Shown here in pieces: positions 16,181 through 16,274 of a stretch of 16,274 nucleotides of DNA. Below the pieces are notes generated by a model that was not told where the DNA came from, made no database searches, and worked only from the letters and a program-made list of their open reading frames with translations. The position numbers and the translations under genes were made by a program. Numbering within the stretch: the first letter of the stretch is position 1; the number at the start of each line of letters is the position of its first letter. Origin of the DNA: Armatimonadota bacterium (GTDB lineage Bacteria > Sysuimicrobiota > Sysuimicrobiia > Sysuimicrobiales > Humicultoraceae); the NCBI GenBank assembly GCA_052386995.1, contig JBQTJP010000293.1, positions 1 to 16,274 of the forward strand. The letters run 5' to 3'.

Positions 16181-16274
16181 CAATGGAACTGGACAGGTGC
16201 GGGTAGGGGTGGTTGGCGTCGCCCCCAACAATTCCACCGTTGTGAATTGGTCGGGGGGGGGTAGGGTGGGATTT

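Overview
High-GC bacterial DNA with no mobile elements, RNA genes or CRISPR, holding two divergent blocks of catabolic and transport genes. Leftward block (minus strand, 8809->1): GntR/HutC (UTRA) regulator, stand-alone DUF4392 (D-glutamate cyclase-like C-terminal domain) protein, PLP-dependent D-cysteine desulfhydrase-family enzyme with atypical motifs, peptide/nickel-family ABC binding protein plus two permeases (no ATPase in the cluster), then a MaoC-like dehydratase coupled to LivM- and LivH-type permeases and the first codons of a further gene running off the window. Rightward block (plus strand, 9095->16138): two-subunit 2-oxoacid:ferredoxin oxidoreductase (korA/korB type), AMP-forming acyl-CoA synthetase, cytoplasmic M28 metallo-hydrolase and a Tat-exported urea/short-chain amide-type binding protein. 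The best candidates for undescribed biology are (i) the GntR-DUF4392-DcyD-like-ABC unit, possibly a pathway for a D-amino-acid or gamma-glutamyl-type conjugate, and (ii) the ligase-M28-amide binding protein module. All family calls come from motif recognition by eye; no searches were run.
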